Source of the DNA: Betaproteobacteria bacterium
Lineage (GTDB): Bacteria; Pseudomonadota; Gammaproteobacteria; Burkholderiales; SG8-39
Direction of reading: 5' to 3'
DNA: 64,000 nt
Assembly (NCBI GenBank): GCA_004297625.1
Contig: SCTY01000022.1
Location: forward strand, 59,833 to 123,832
The notes under the pieces are model-generated. The model was not told the DNA's origin, ran no database searches, and worked only from the letters and a program-made list of their open reading frames with translations. Shown here one piece after another: positions 40,401 to 48,465 of the stretch. Made by a program: the position numbers and the translations under genes. Every line of letters begins with the position of its first letter. The first letter of the stretch is position 1.

Positions 40401-40896
40401 GGAACAGGTCGATCAATCCCCCCCGCCAGCACACTTCCCCGGGCGCGACCACTTGGGTCACGTTCTGGTAGCCCGCGGTGACGAGCTGCGCCTTCAGCTT
40501 CTCGAGATCGAGCCGGTCACCTTGCTGAAGGAAAAAGGTGTGCGCCGCGATGTAGGACGGCGGGCAAAGGCGCACCAACGCGGTGGGCGCCGGAACGACG
40601 GCGATGTCGAACTCGCCGCGCTGAATCCGGTAGAGCGTAGCCAGGCGCTCGGAGATCAGGTCCTGGTGCGGCGAGAACTGGTCGTAGGGCAGCGTCTCCC
40701 AGTCGGGGAGCAGGCACACGCGAAGCTGCGGCGAGAACCACGCGATCTCGTCGACCAGCCGCTGGGCGTCCAACGCCGTCGCGGCGATCACCGCGAGCGG
40801 CCTTTCCACCGCGGCGAGGCGCGCCAGCGCGAGGGCGTCGGCGGAGCCGGCGAGCTGCGTGAAGCGCCTGCGGGCGGGAAGCGAATCGCGATGCAT
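37462..40896 (-). CDS. mfd: Transcription-repair coupling factor Mfd
   Basis: Internal ATG MHRDSLPARRRF... (1144 aa). LLPDWETLPYDQFSPHQDLISERL, VGDPVVHEQHGIGRY, LVCGDVGFGKTEVALRAAF, IDEEHRFGV, and the TRCF C-terminal domain. The upstream 194 codons in the track run into the ispD divergent region and are implausible. Confidence 0.95.
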   Translation of the reverse strand: MHRDSLPARRRFTQLAGSADALALARLAAVERPLAVIAATALDAQRLVDEIAWFSPQLRVCLLPDWETLPYDQFSPHQDLISERLATLYRIQRGEFDIAVVPAPTALVRLCPPSYIAAHTFFLQQGDRLDLEKLKAQLVTAGYQNVTQVVAPGEVCWRGGLIDLFPMGSPLPYRLDLDDDVVDSIKTFDVDSQRTVYAVKEIRLLPAREFPLDEAGRARFRGRWRELFEGDPSKKRLYRDVSNGVPAAGIEYYLPLFFESVATVFDYLPSDATLALHHDVSAAINEFWRDANSRYKMAGGDPDRPLLAPPQLFVPAEEFFVRAKDFARVDITAETGTDPISEKPEMGSVPVSTQPLPAVAVDRRASDPLAALKGFLETSKLRVMIAAESPGRRETMAAYFAEYGLKPESCSTFDEFLKNQSGFLLCVSPLAHGFIVPGEGWAVVTEAELYAGVVRRRSRAAEKRSSVEGMLRDLSELKVGDPVVHEQHGIGRYQGLVSLDLEDGQSEFLLLEYEGGDKLYVPVAQLGLIGRYSGAQPEEAPLHRLGSGQWDKAKARAARQVRDTAAELLALYARRAARLGHSFSIGMHDLEGFAAGFGFEETPDQAQAIEAVITDMASGKPMDRLVCGDVGFGKTEVALRAAFVAVADGKQVVILCPTTLLAEQHFQTFSDRFADWPVKLAELSRFRSSKEATEILKKLESGEMDIVIGTHKLLGREVRLKRLGLVIIDEEHRFGVRQKEALKRLRAEVDVLTLTATPIPRTLAMSLEGIRDFSVIATAPQKRLAIKTFVSPWSEGLIREAVMRELKRGGQVYFLHNEVETIERMQERLARLLPEGRIAIAHGQMRERDLERVMRDFTAQRCNVLLCSTIIETGIDIPTANTIVINRADRFGLAQLHQLRGRVGRSHHQAYAYLLTPPEEALNKNAVKRLEAIQMMEELGSGFYLAMHDLEIRGAGEILGEEQSGEIQEVGFSLYARMLERAVRKLKAGKADELEATVDVSTEVNLHVPALLPAAYCSDVHERLSLYKRLADAETREELDALREELVDRFGELPEAARALIECHIVRIAARRLGVARVDATHEAVQLQFIKNPPLDGAKVIDFIRRKGRQARLAGPEKLRVEAKLPAWQERAAAVKDILQQLAA
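39842..39897. repeat. Perfect 25-bp-arm inverted repeat (6-nt loop) embedded in frame inside mfd
   Basis: GAAACAGGGACAGACCCCATTTCAG-GCTTCT-CTGAAATGGGGTCTGTCCCTGTTTC; arms are 25/25 complementary. It is translated on the minus strand as ETGTDPISEKPEMGSVPVS. The arm core CAGGGACAGACCCC resembles the 23-nt REP motif. Confidence 0.9.
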
Positions 40897-40944
40897 CAGG
40901 AAGGAACGTGTGTAATTATATCGTCCTGAATTACAAGAACTTTG

Positions 40945-41625
40945 ATGTCCGTCTGCGCCCTCATTCCGGCCGCCGGGAGCGGCACCCGCATCGCCTCCGG
41001 GGAGCCCAAGCAATACGCCGCGCTCGCCGGCCGGCCGATGCTGTGGCATGCCATCCGGGCAGTTTGCGTGCCGCCGGTGCAATACGTTTTCGTGGTGTTG
41101 TCGCCGGGCGACCGGGATTTCGCGCGCCACGACTGGAGCGCCTTCCAGGACAAGGTCGAGCCGCTTTACTGCGGTGGCGAATCGCGGCGCGATTCCGTCT
41201 ATAACGGTCTCGTGGCTGCAAACGACGCGGTGAACGCCGACGATTGGGTGCTCGTGCACGACGCGGCACGGCCCTGCCTGGCCTTGCAGGACCTGAAAAA
41301 CCTGCTGCGCGAATGCGAGGCCGACGAGGTCGGAGGAATTCTCGCGCTGCCGGTCGCGGACACGGTCAAAAAAGCCTCTGGAAACCGAATTGAAGCGACC
41401 GAAGACCGCACGCAGCTCTGGCTCGCGCAGACGCCGCAGATGTTTCGCGCGGGGCTGCTGCTGCAGGCGCTGCGCCAAGCCAAGCTGCCGGTCACCGACG
41501 AGGCGAGCGCCGTCGAGCAGATGGGCCTCAAGCCCAAGCTCGTCCCCGGCAGCCGCGAGAACCTCAAGGTCACCTGGCCCGAGGATCTCGCCATTGCCGA
41601 AGGCATATTGAAGAGGCGCGCATGA
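40945..41625 (+). CDS. ispD: 2-C-methyl-D-erythritol 4-phosphate cytidylyltransferase
   Basis: [16 protein letters not shown]...[11 protein letters not shown]...ADTVKKA...QTPQMFR. Confidence 0.92.
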   Translation: MSVCALIPAAGSGTRIASGEPKQYAALAGRPMLWHAIRAVCVPPVQYVFVVLSPGDRDFARHDWSAFQDKVEPLYCGGESRRDSVYNGLVAANDAVNADDWVLVHDAARPCLALQDLKNLLRECEADEVGGILALPVADTVKKASGNRIEATEDRTQLWLAQTPQMFRAGLLLQALRQAKLPVTDEASAVEQMGLKPKLVPGSRENLKVTWPEDLAIAEGILKRRA

Positions 41626-42083
41626 GAGTCGGGCAGGGTTTCGACGTCCATGCGCTCGTTCCCGGGCGCAAGCTCGTTATCGGCGGAGTGACGATTCCCT
41701 ACGAAAAAGGGCTGCAAGGCCATTCCGACGCCGACGTCCTGCTGCACGCGATATGCGACGCGCTGCTCGGCGCGGCGGGCCTCGGCGACATCGGCAGGCA
41801 TTTTCCGGACAGCGACCCCGCGTACAAGAACGCGGACAGTCGCAAGCTTCTGCGCGAAGTGAGGAGCAAGATCGGCCGCTTCAGGATCGTCAACATCGAT
41901 GCCACCCTCCTCGCGCAGGAGCCGCGCATGGCCCCGCACCTCGCGCGCATGGCCGAGAACATCGCCGCCGACCTCGGCATCGGGCCCGGTTCGATCAACC
42001 TCAAGGCCACGACCACGGAGCACCTCGGCTTCGTCGGGCGGCTGGAAGGCATCGCTGCGCAAGCCGTGGCGCTCATCGAATAG
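41622..42083 (+). CDS. ispF: 2-C-methyl-D-erythritol 2,4-cyclodiphosphate synthase
   Basis: [51 protein letters not shown]...GDIGRHFPD. Confidence 0.95.
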   Translation: MRVGQGFDVHALVPGRKLVIGGVTIPYEKGLQGHSDADVLLHAICDALLGAAGLGDIGRHFPDSDPAYKNADSRKLLREVRSKIGRFRIVNIDATLLAQEPRMAPHLARMAENIAADLGIGPGSINLKATTTEHLGFVGRLEGIAAQAVALIE

Positions 42084-42084
42084 C

Positions 42085-42702
42085 ATGTATTCGCCCCCCT
42101 ACAACCAGATCCAGGAGCGCGCGGAAGTCCTCGACTTCATGCGCGCGCACAACTTCGCGCTGCTCGTCACCGGTACCGGCGGCACGCTGCACGGCTCGCA
42201 TCTGCCGGTGCTTGTCGACGAGACGGAAAGCGGGCTGGCCATCGACCTGCACATGGCGAAGAACAACCCTCAGTGGCGGGAGTTCTTCGACGATGAAGTG
42301 CTCGTGGTCTTCTCCGGCCCGCACGCCTATATCTCGCCGCGCTGGTACGAGGCGAAGGAGCGGGTGCCCACGTGGAACTACGCGGCGGTGCATGCTTATG
42401 GCAGCGTGACCGTCATGGACGATCCCGAGTCAAGGCGCGCCGCGCAGCGCCGGCTGGTGGCCGCGATGGACCCGCAGTGGCTGCCGAAGTTCGACGCGCT
42501 GCGCGATCAATACGTGAAGGACATGCTTGGCGGCATCGTGAATTTCCGCGTAACCGTCACGCGGCTCGAAACCCGCTGGAAGCTTTCGCAGAATCGCGGC
42601 CGGCGCGAGCAGGAGCTCATCATCGCCGAGCTCGAGAAGTCCGGCGACTCGGTCGAGCGCGCGCTGGCGGCCCTCACTCGAAAGCATCTCGTCGAGGAGT
42701 AG
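42085..42702 (+). CDS. FMN-binding negative transcriptional regulator PaiB-like
   Basis: MYSPPYNQIQERAEVLDFMRAHNFALLVT...SGPHAYISPRWY...VPTWNYAAVHAYG...WKLSQNR. Confidence 0.8.
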   Translation: MYSPPYNQIQERAEVLDFMRAHNFALLVTGTGGTLHGSHLPVLVDETESGLAIDLHMAKNNPQWREFFDDEVLVVFSGPHAYISPRWYEAKERVPTWNYAAVHAYGSVTVMDDPESRRAAQRRLVAAMDPQWLPKFDALRDQYVKDMLGGIVNFRVTVTRLETRWKLSQNRGRREQELIIAELEKSGDSVERALAALTRKHLVEE

Positions 42703-43193
42703 TGCGCCTTTTCTTCGCCCTCTGGCCGCCACGCGAGAGCGCCCGGGCGCTGGCCGACTGGGCAAGCGGGCTCGGCGGCCGTGCGATCCCCGCGGAAAAG
42801 ATTCACCTCACGCTCGCCTTCCTCGGCGAGGCCGAGCCGCAGAAGGCCATCGCCGCCGCGCGACGCGTCGAGGCGAGCGCGCACCGCCTTCCGATCGAGA
42901 TGGCGAAATACTGGAAGCACAACCGCATCGTGTGGGCCGGCCCGCGGGAAACGCCGCCCGATCTCAAGACGATGGTGGATGCACTTCACTTCGAGCTTTT
43001 TCGCGCCGAGTACATCCTCGAGCGCCGGCCCTTCGCCGCCCACGTCACCCTGGTGCGCAACGCCCGCCCGCCGCGTCAGCTCCCGCCATTGCCCGAAGTC
43101 GATTGGCCGGTGCGGGAGTTTTGCCTCGTGCGCTCATCGGTCGACTCCAACGGTTCGACCTACGGCATCGTCGAGCGCTTCGCGCTGAATTAG
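42702..43193 (+). CDS. thpR: RNA 2',3'-cyclic phosphodiesterase (ThpR/LigT, 2H phosphoesterase)
   Basis: The GTG start overlaps the paiB stop by 1 nt. VRLFFALWPP...IHLTLAFLG (first H-x-T-x) and AAHVTLVR (second H-x-T-x). Confidence 0.8.
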   Translation: MRLFFALWPPRESARALADWASGLGGRAIPAEKIHLTLAFLGEAEPQKAIAAARRVEASAHRLPIEMAKYWKHNRIVWAGPRETPPDLKTMVDALHFELFRAEYILERRPFAAHVTLVRNARPPRQLPPLPEVDWPVREFCLVRSSVDSNGSTYGIVERFALN

Positions 43194-43195
43194 CC

Positions 43196-43687
43196 TTGGC
43201 TTACATACGACCCGATCCAGGGACTTACGCGCTCGTGTGCCGGTCATCGCGAGAAGCTAGGATTCAAGTGGGCCGGCTCGGCGTGCTGCCGATTCGACGT
43301 GGATATTACGTATATGTCGGAAGTGCGTTTGGCCCCGGTGGAGTCCATGCCAGGGTCGCACGTCACGTAAGGCGCAGTCCTAACCGCCACTGGCATGTCG
43401 ATTGCCTGTGGCCGGTTCTTCGCATCGAGGAAATCTGGTACTCGTACGACCCGGCGCGACGCGAACACGACTGGGCTCGCATCCTTAGCCATGCGATGGG
43501 TGGCTCCATCGCGCTGCGGCGTTTCGGCGCGTCGGACTGCCGGTGCGAAGCCCATCTCGTATTTTTCGACAAGCTGCCGTCCTTCGCCGCTTTCCGGGCA
43601 ATGGCTTATCGCCGGCGTGGCCATGCAGGTCGCAGCGGGTTACGCCGTCAGGGACTTGAAAGGCGCGAGCGCGTTTTGGAACGATAA
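43196..43687 (+). CDS. DUF123 (GIY-YIG/Uri superfamily endonuclease-like) protein; TTG start and C-terminal end uncertain
   Basis: PGTYALVCRSSREARIQVGRLGVLPIRRGYYVYVGSAFGPGGVHARVARHVRRSPNRHWHVDCL matches the DUF123 signature (G.Y.YVGSA...R..RH......HWHIDYL). GC is lower than in neighbouring genes. Confidence 0.6.
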   Translation: MAYIRPDPGTYALVCRSSREARIQVGRLGVLPIRRGYYVYVGSAFGPGGVHARVARHVRRSPNRHWHVDCLWPVLRIEEIWYSYDPARREHDWARILSHAMGGSIALRRFGASDCRCEAHLVFFDKLPSFAAFRAMAYRRRGHAGRSGLRRQGLERRERVLER

Positions 43688-43718
43688 GATTGCGCTGCCA
43701 GGGGACATCTAGCGGCTC

Positions 43719-44150
43719 ATGCACATCTATCCTCGTCCACCGGCAAGCAAGGTCAAGGAGTTGCTTGCCGCTTGCAACCTGCCAGCTTCGGATCTGGAAG
43801 CGGCCGACTTCGAGCATTTCTTCGGCTGCGGTGTCGAGGCCGAGCCGAAAGGCGTCGTCGGCGTAGAGCTGTACGGCGAGGTCGGCCTGCTTCGCTCGCT
43901 CGCCGTGGAGGAGGCAGCACGCGGGCACGGCTGCGGCACGCGCTTGGTAAAGGAAGCAGAGAAGCACGCCGTCGCGAACGGGGTGGAAGCCCTCTATCTT
44001 CTCACCACGACGGCGGAAGAGTTCTTTCGCTCGCAGGGCTACATGAAGATCGAACGCGCTTCCGTGCCGGAAGCGATTCGGCGCACGAGCGAGTTTTCGA
44101 CTCTCTGCCCTTCAACCGCCACCGCCATGGTGAAGGTCCTCAAAGCGTGA
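43719..44150 (+). CDS. GNAT N-acetyltransferase, ArsN2-like
   Basis: [13 protein letters not shown]...[44 protein letters not shown]...[17 protein letters not shown]...[22 protein letters not shown]. Confidence 0.65.
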   Translation: MHIYPRPPASKVKELLAACNLPASDLEAADFEHFFGCGVEAEPKGVVGVELYGEVGLLRSLAVEEAARGHGCGTRLVKEAEKHAVANGVEALYLLTTTAEEFFRSQGYMKIERASVPEAIRRTSEFSTLCPSTATAMVKVLKA

Positions 44151-45145
44151 AGATTTCGATCCTCGACGATTATTTCGACACGCTGCGCACGCTGCCGTGC
44201 TTCCGCAAGCTCGACGGGCACGAAGTCACAGTCTGGAACGATCACACGCAGGACGTCGACACGCTTGCCGCGCGCCTGAAGGATGCGGAAGCGATCGTGT
44301 TGATTCGCGAGCGCACACAGATCCGGGCGCCGCTCCTCGAGCGCCTCGACGCGCTGCGGCTCATCAGCCAGCGCAGCGTCTACCCGCATATCGACGTCGA
44401 GGCCTGCGCGCGCCGCGGGGTCATCGTGTCGTCGGATCAGCACGCCGGCAGTCCGTCCTATGCGGCGGCGGAGCTGACCTGGGGCTTGATCATCGCCGCA
44501 ATGCGGCAGATTCCCCAGCAGATGTACGCCCTTCGCGCGGGGACCTGGCAACTTGGCGTCGGCAACAGCTTGCGCGGCAAGACGCTGGGCATCTATGGCT
44601 ACGGCAGGATCGGCGCTACGGTGGCCGGTTACGGCAAGGCTTTCGGGATGAAGATATTGGTGTGGGCGCGTGAAGCGTCGCTGCAACGCGCACGTGCCGA
44701 CGGCTACGCCGGCGCGCCGAGCAAGCGGGCGTTTTTCGAAACCTGCGATGTGATTTCGCTGCACATGCGCCTCGTGAAGGAGACGCGCGGCATCGTCACG
44801 CGAGACGACCTGTCCCGCATGAAGCCCACTGCGCTGCTCGTCAACACGAGCAGGGCGCCGCTGATCGAGCCGGGGGCGCTTGTGGATGCCTTGCGTGCCG
44901 GGCGGCCGGGGATGGCCGCCGTCGACGTTTACGAGGAAGAACCGCTGCGCGACCCTCGCCACCCTCTGCTGGAGATGGACAACGTCGTTTGCACGCCGCA
45001 TATTGGGTACGTGACGCGCGACGAGTACGAAATTCAGTTTTCCGACGTCTTCGACCAGATCGTCGCGTACGGAGCGGGCAAGCCCATCAACGTGGTGAAC
45101 CCCGAGGTCTTCGACGTATTGAGACGAAGAGGAAATGCCCCATGA
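44147..45145 (+). CDS. D-isomer-specific 2-hydroxyacid dehydrogenase family protein
   Basis: The GTG start overlaps the upstream stop. VKISILDDY...[30 protein letters not shown]...[12 protein letters not shown]...[10 protein letters not shown]...PHIGYVT. Confidence 0.85.
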   Translation: MKISILDDYFDTLRTLPCFRKLDGHEVTVWNDHTQDVDTLAARLKDAEAIVLIRERTQIRAPLLERLDALRLISQRSVYPHIDVEACARRGVIVSSDQHAGSPSYAAAELTWGLIIAAMRQIPQQMYALRAGTWQLGVGNSLRGKTLGIYGYGRIGATVAGYGKAFGMKILVWAREASLQRARADGYAGAPSKRAFFETCDVISLHMRLVKETRGIVTRDDLSRMKPTALLVNTSRAPLIEPGALVDALRAGRPGMAAVDVYEEEPLRDPRHPLLEMDNVVCTPHIGYVTRDEYEIQFSDVFDQIVAYGAGKPINVVNPEVFDVLRRRGNAP

Positions 45146-45579
45146 AAATCGTCGCGGTGCTCGTCGCCGTACTTGCCGTGCTGGCCGCGGGCGGGTTCGC
45201 CTGGCAAAAGGCGAAGGCGCTCGAGGAGACAGCCGCCGAGCTCGCGCGCGCCAATTCCGAGCTGGAGAAGGCGAAGGCCGATGCGCGGGCCATGAGCGCC
45301 GATGCCGCCGCCGCGCGCAAGGAGTTGGCCGAGCAGAAAATGGCGGCCGACCAGTTGCGCGCCGACCTCGTCACCGCCGAATCGTTTCTCGTAGCCGAGA
45401 AAGCGATCGGCGCGCGCCTTAGGGAGGAACTCGTCAAGACGAAGGAGCAACTCGCGACGGCGAACAGGCAGCGTGCGGTGCAGGCGGCGCCGGCCGCCAG
45501 GACCATCGACGTACGGCCGATGGTGATCCGCGCGGGCCCCGCCGGCTCGGCGATCGGCGCCGGCGCGCCCGCGAGGTAG
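45142..45579 (+). CDS. Membrane-anchored coiled-coil protein (hypothetical)
   Basis: [21 protein letters not shown] (TM anchor), then heptad-like [24 protein letters not shown]...; ATGA overlap with the upstream gene. Confidence 0.5.
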   Translation: MKIVAVLVAVLAVLAAGGFAWQKAKALEETAAELARANSELEKAKADARAMSADAAAARKELAEQKMAADQLRADLVTAESFLVAEKAIGARLREELVKTKEQLATANRQRAVQAAPAARTIDVRPMVIRAGPAGSAIGAGAPAR

Positions 45580-45582
45580 TTC

Positions 45583-46017
45583 ATGCTGATCCACGGCAAG
45601 TGCCATTGCGGGAACATTGCTTTCTCGCTGATGTGGGAGCCCGATCCGACGGAGATTCCAGCCCGCGCTTGCACCTGCTCGTTCTGCACGAAGCATGGCG
45701 GCCTGTGGACGTCCAACCCAAGGGGCGCCTTGGAGGTCGTGGTCAAAGATCCGTCGCTCGTATCGAAGTACGCGTTCGGGACCCGAACGGCGGAGTTCCA
45801 CATATGCGCCCGCTGCGGCATAGTGCCCGTCGTGACCAGCTTGATCGACGACCGGCTTTACGCGGTCGTCAGCGTCAACGCATTTGAAGATATCGACGCG
45901 GCGCTCCTGCGACGGGCATCGGCAGGCTTCGATGGTGAAGAAGAGGCGAGCCGTCTCGCACGAAGAAAGCGCAACTGGATTCCCGATGTCAGGTATCTCG
46001 CAGGCGGCAAGCAATGA
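45583..46017 (+). CDS. GFA (glutathione-dependent formaldehyde-activating / CENP-V-like) family protein
   Basis: HGKCHCGNIAF...ARACTCSFCTKHGGLW...HICARCG shows the Zn-binding Cys pattern of the GFA family. Confidence 0.8.
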   Translation: MLIHGKCHCGNIAFSLMWEPDPTEIPARACTCSFCTKHGGLWTSNPRGALEVVVKDPSLVSKYAFGTRTAEFHICARCGIVPVVTSLIDDRLYAVVSVNAFEDIDAALLRRASAGFDGEEEASRLARRKRNWIPDVRYLAGGKQ

Positions 46018-46748
46018 TCCGCAAGCTGAAATCCGGCAAGTACCGGCTGTATTCTCGCAAGCTGAATCCAAGAACGGGAAACAGGCGTAACCTCGGCACC
46101 TTCGACACGCGCGCGGCGGCCGAGAAGCACGAGCGCGCGGTGACCTCCAAGCTCGACGCCATGGTGCTCAGCCATGGCCACTACGATCACTTCGGCGGCA
46201 TGGTCGGGTTCCTGCAGGCGCACCGGCGCAAGCTCAAGCCCGCGCTGCCGTTCTACCTCGGCGGCGAGGAATGCTTCTGCGCCCGCGAGACCGGGCCGGA
46301 GAACGCGCCGCGCAACTTCGGCGTCCTCGACCGCCGCGCCATCGCAGAGGCGAACCTGCGCGCGGCGCGCCTGCCGGAAGAAAAGCGCAATGCCGCGATG
46401 ATGGTCGACGATTTCCAGCACGAGCACGCGACGTGCTTCCACGTGAAGGGAAAGGGCCTCGTGGTGATGACTTCGTGCGGCCACCGCGGAATCGTCAACA
46501 CCGTGGAGGCGGCGATCAAGGTATCGGGTATCTCCAAGGTGCACGCCATCCTCGGAGGCTTCCATCTGATGCCGCTGAGCGCCGAATACGCCCAGGAGAC
46601 GGCGCGCGCGCTCGCCAGGTTCGATGCCGATTGCCTGATCCCGATGCACTGCAGCGGCGAGAATTTCTTCGACGCGGCGAGGCAGGCGATGCCCGGCAAG
46701 GTGGTGCGGAACTCGACCGGCACGCGCTTCACTTTCGGAACCCCATGA
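46014..46748 (+). pseudogene. Chimeric ORF: small AP2-like DNA-binding protein (43 aa) fused in frame to a 5'-truncated MBL-fold hydrolase
   Basis: MIRKLKSGKYRLYSRKLNPRTGNRRNLGTFDTRAAAEKHERAV (G.YR......R.LGTF.T...A pattern) joins directly to ...LDAMVLSHGHYDHFGGMVGFL...MTSCGHRGIVNT...LGGFHL...PMHCSG. The MBL part begins at the H-x-H-x-D-H motif and lacks the preceding ~60-100 aa of the fold. Confidence 0.55.
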
Positions 46749-47260
46749 TCACGACCCGTACCGCGCGCACGCTCACGCGCTACAACAAGTGGGCGAACGA
46801 GCTCATCTTCGACGCGGTGGCGCAGCTGCCGCCCGGCGAAGCGACCAAGCCGCGGGCAACGCTTTTCAAGAACATGGTGCACACGCTGAATCACAATTAC
46901 GTGATCGACCGCATCTTCCAGGCGCACCTCGAAGGGCACGAGCACGGCTACAGCGCGCGCAATACCGCCGACCACCCTCCGCTCGATGAGCTTTGGCGCG
47001 CGCAGCGCGAGATCGACGACTGGTACGTCGGCTGCTACGACGCCATGAGCGACAGCGCGCTCGACGAGCGCCTGCGCTTCACGTTCGTCGGCGGCGGCGA
47101 GGGCGCGATGACGCGCGGCGAGATGCTGATGCACATCGTGAACCACACTTCCTACCACCGCGGCTTCGTGGCCGACCTCTTCTTCCAGGTGCCGGCGCGG
47201 CCGCCGACCACGGACCTGACCGTATTCCTGCGCGACGTGCCGCTCGATCCGGGCCGTTGA
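46745..47260 (+). CDS. DinB-family (DinB_2/YfiT-like) four-helix-bundle protein
   Basis: LTRYNKWANELIFDAV...MVHTLNHNYVIDRIFQAHL...MLMHIVNHTSYHRGFV shows the His triad pattern. Confidence 0.75.
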   Translation: MITTRTARTLTRYNKWANELIFDAVAQLPPGEATKPRATLFKNMVHTLNHNYVIDRIFQAHLEGHEHGYSARNTADHPPLDELWRAQREIDDWYVGCYDAMSDSALDERLRFTFVGGGEGAMTRGEMLMHIVNHTSYHRGFVADLFFQVPARPPTTDLTVFLRDVPLDPGR

Positions 47261-48465
47261 GCGGGCGCGAGCTGCTCACGGCCGCGGGCCGCGAGGTCGC
47301 GGTCTCGAATCCGGGGAAGCTGCTGTTTCCGAAGCCCGGCTACACCAAGCTCGATCTGGTTCGCTACTACCTGGCGGTCGCCGAGGGCGCGCTGCGGGGC
47401 GCCGGCGGGCGGCCGAACATGCTGGTGCGCTATCCGGACGGCGTGGAAGGCGAATTCTTCTATCAGAAGCGCGCGCCGAAGACGCGTCCCGGCTGGATCG
47501 AGGTCGTATCGCTGCGCTTTCCTTCCGGGCGCAGCGCCGACGAGATCGTGCCGCGCGATGCGGCGGCGCTCGCATGGATGGCGAACCTCGGTTGCCTCGA
47601 GCTGCATCCCCACCCGGTGCGCGCCGAGGACCTCGATCATCCCGACGAACTGCGCGTCGATCTCGATCCCGTGCCCGGCGTGAAGTGGCCGCAGCTGCGC
47701 GAGGTGGCGCGCGTGGTCGAGGCAACCCTTAAGGAGTTCGGGCTCGTGGGCTGGCCGAAGACTTCCGGAAAGCGCGGAATGCACGTGTATGTGCGCATCG
47801 AGCAGCGCTGGAGCTTCGACGAAGTGCGGCGCGCGGCGCTCGCGCTCGCGCGCGAAGTCGAGCGCCGCGCGCCGAAGATGGCGACGAGCAAGTGGTGGAA
47901 GGAGGAGCGCCAGGGCGTATTCGTGGACTACAACCAGAATGCTAAAGACCGGACCGTGGCCGCCGCCTACTCGGTGCGCCCGACCGAAAACGCCACGGTT
48001 TCCGCGCCTCTCGCTTGGAAGGAAGTGGAAAGCGCCGAGCCCGGCGATTTCACGCTGGCGAGCATGCCCGCGCGCTTCAAGAAGTTCGGCGACTGCCACG
48101 CCGCGATCGACAAAAACGCCGGCTCCATCGAAAAGCTGCTGGAACTCTTCGATAAACAGGGTCTCGGCGACGCGCCGTGGCCGCCTTACTACCGCAAAAA
48201 GCAGCCTCCAAGAAGCAAGCTGCCCGTGATCGAGATCGGGCGTGCGAAGCGCAAGGAGGACGCTCTAGCCGGCTTCGAGCGCTGGAAGAAGCGCCATCCG
48301 AAGGCCGTGTCGCATCTGGAGCCCGCCGACGTGCTCGTGGACGCGATGCGCGGGCGCTATGCAACCTGGACGCGCATACGCGTGAACTTGCAGCACGTTC
48401 CGGAGCGGCTGCGGCCGCCTCAGGAGCCGCTGGATCCGGACGAAAAGACCTTGTCGAGCTCGTAG
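47257..48465 (+). CDS. Stand-alone NHEJ-type primase-polymerase (LigD Pol domain / Prim-Pol) with a ~100-aa C-terminal extension
   Basis: VSNPGKLLFPKPGYTKLDLVRYYLAV...FFYQKRAP...LELHPHP...PDELRVDLDP...WPKTSGKRGMHVYVRI...VFVDYNQNAKDRTVAAAYSVRP. The TTG start overlaps the DinB stop. Confidence 0.85.
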   Translation: MSGRELLTAAGREVAVSNPGKLLFPKPGYTKLDLVRYYLAVAEGALRGAGGRPNMLVRYPDGVEGEFFYQKRAPKTRPGWIEVVSLRFPSGRSADEIVPRDAAALAWMANLGCLELHPHPVRAEDLDHPDELRVDLDPVPGVKWPQLREVARVVEATLKEFGLVGWPKTSGKRGMHVYVRIEQRWSFDEVRRAALALAREVERRAPKMATSKWWKEERQGVFVDYNQNAKDRTVAAAYSVRPTENATVSAPLAWKEVESAEPGDFTLASMPARFKKFGDCHAAIDKNAGSIEKLLELFDKQGLGDAPWPPYYRKKQPPRSKLPVIEIGRAKRKEDALAGFERWKKRHPKAVSHLEPADVLVDAMRGRYATWTRIRVNLQHVPERLRPPQEPLDPDEKTLSSS

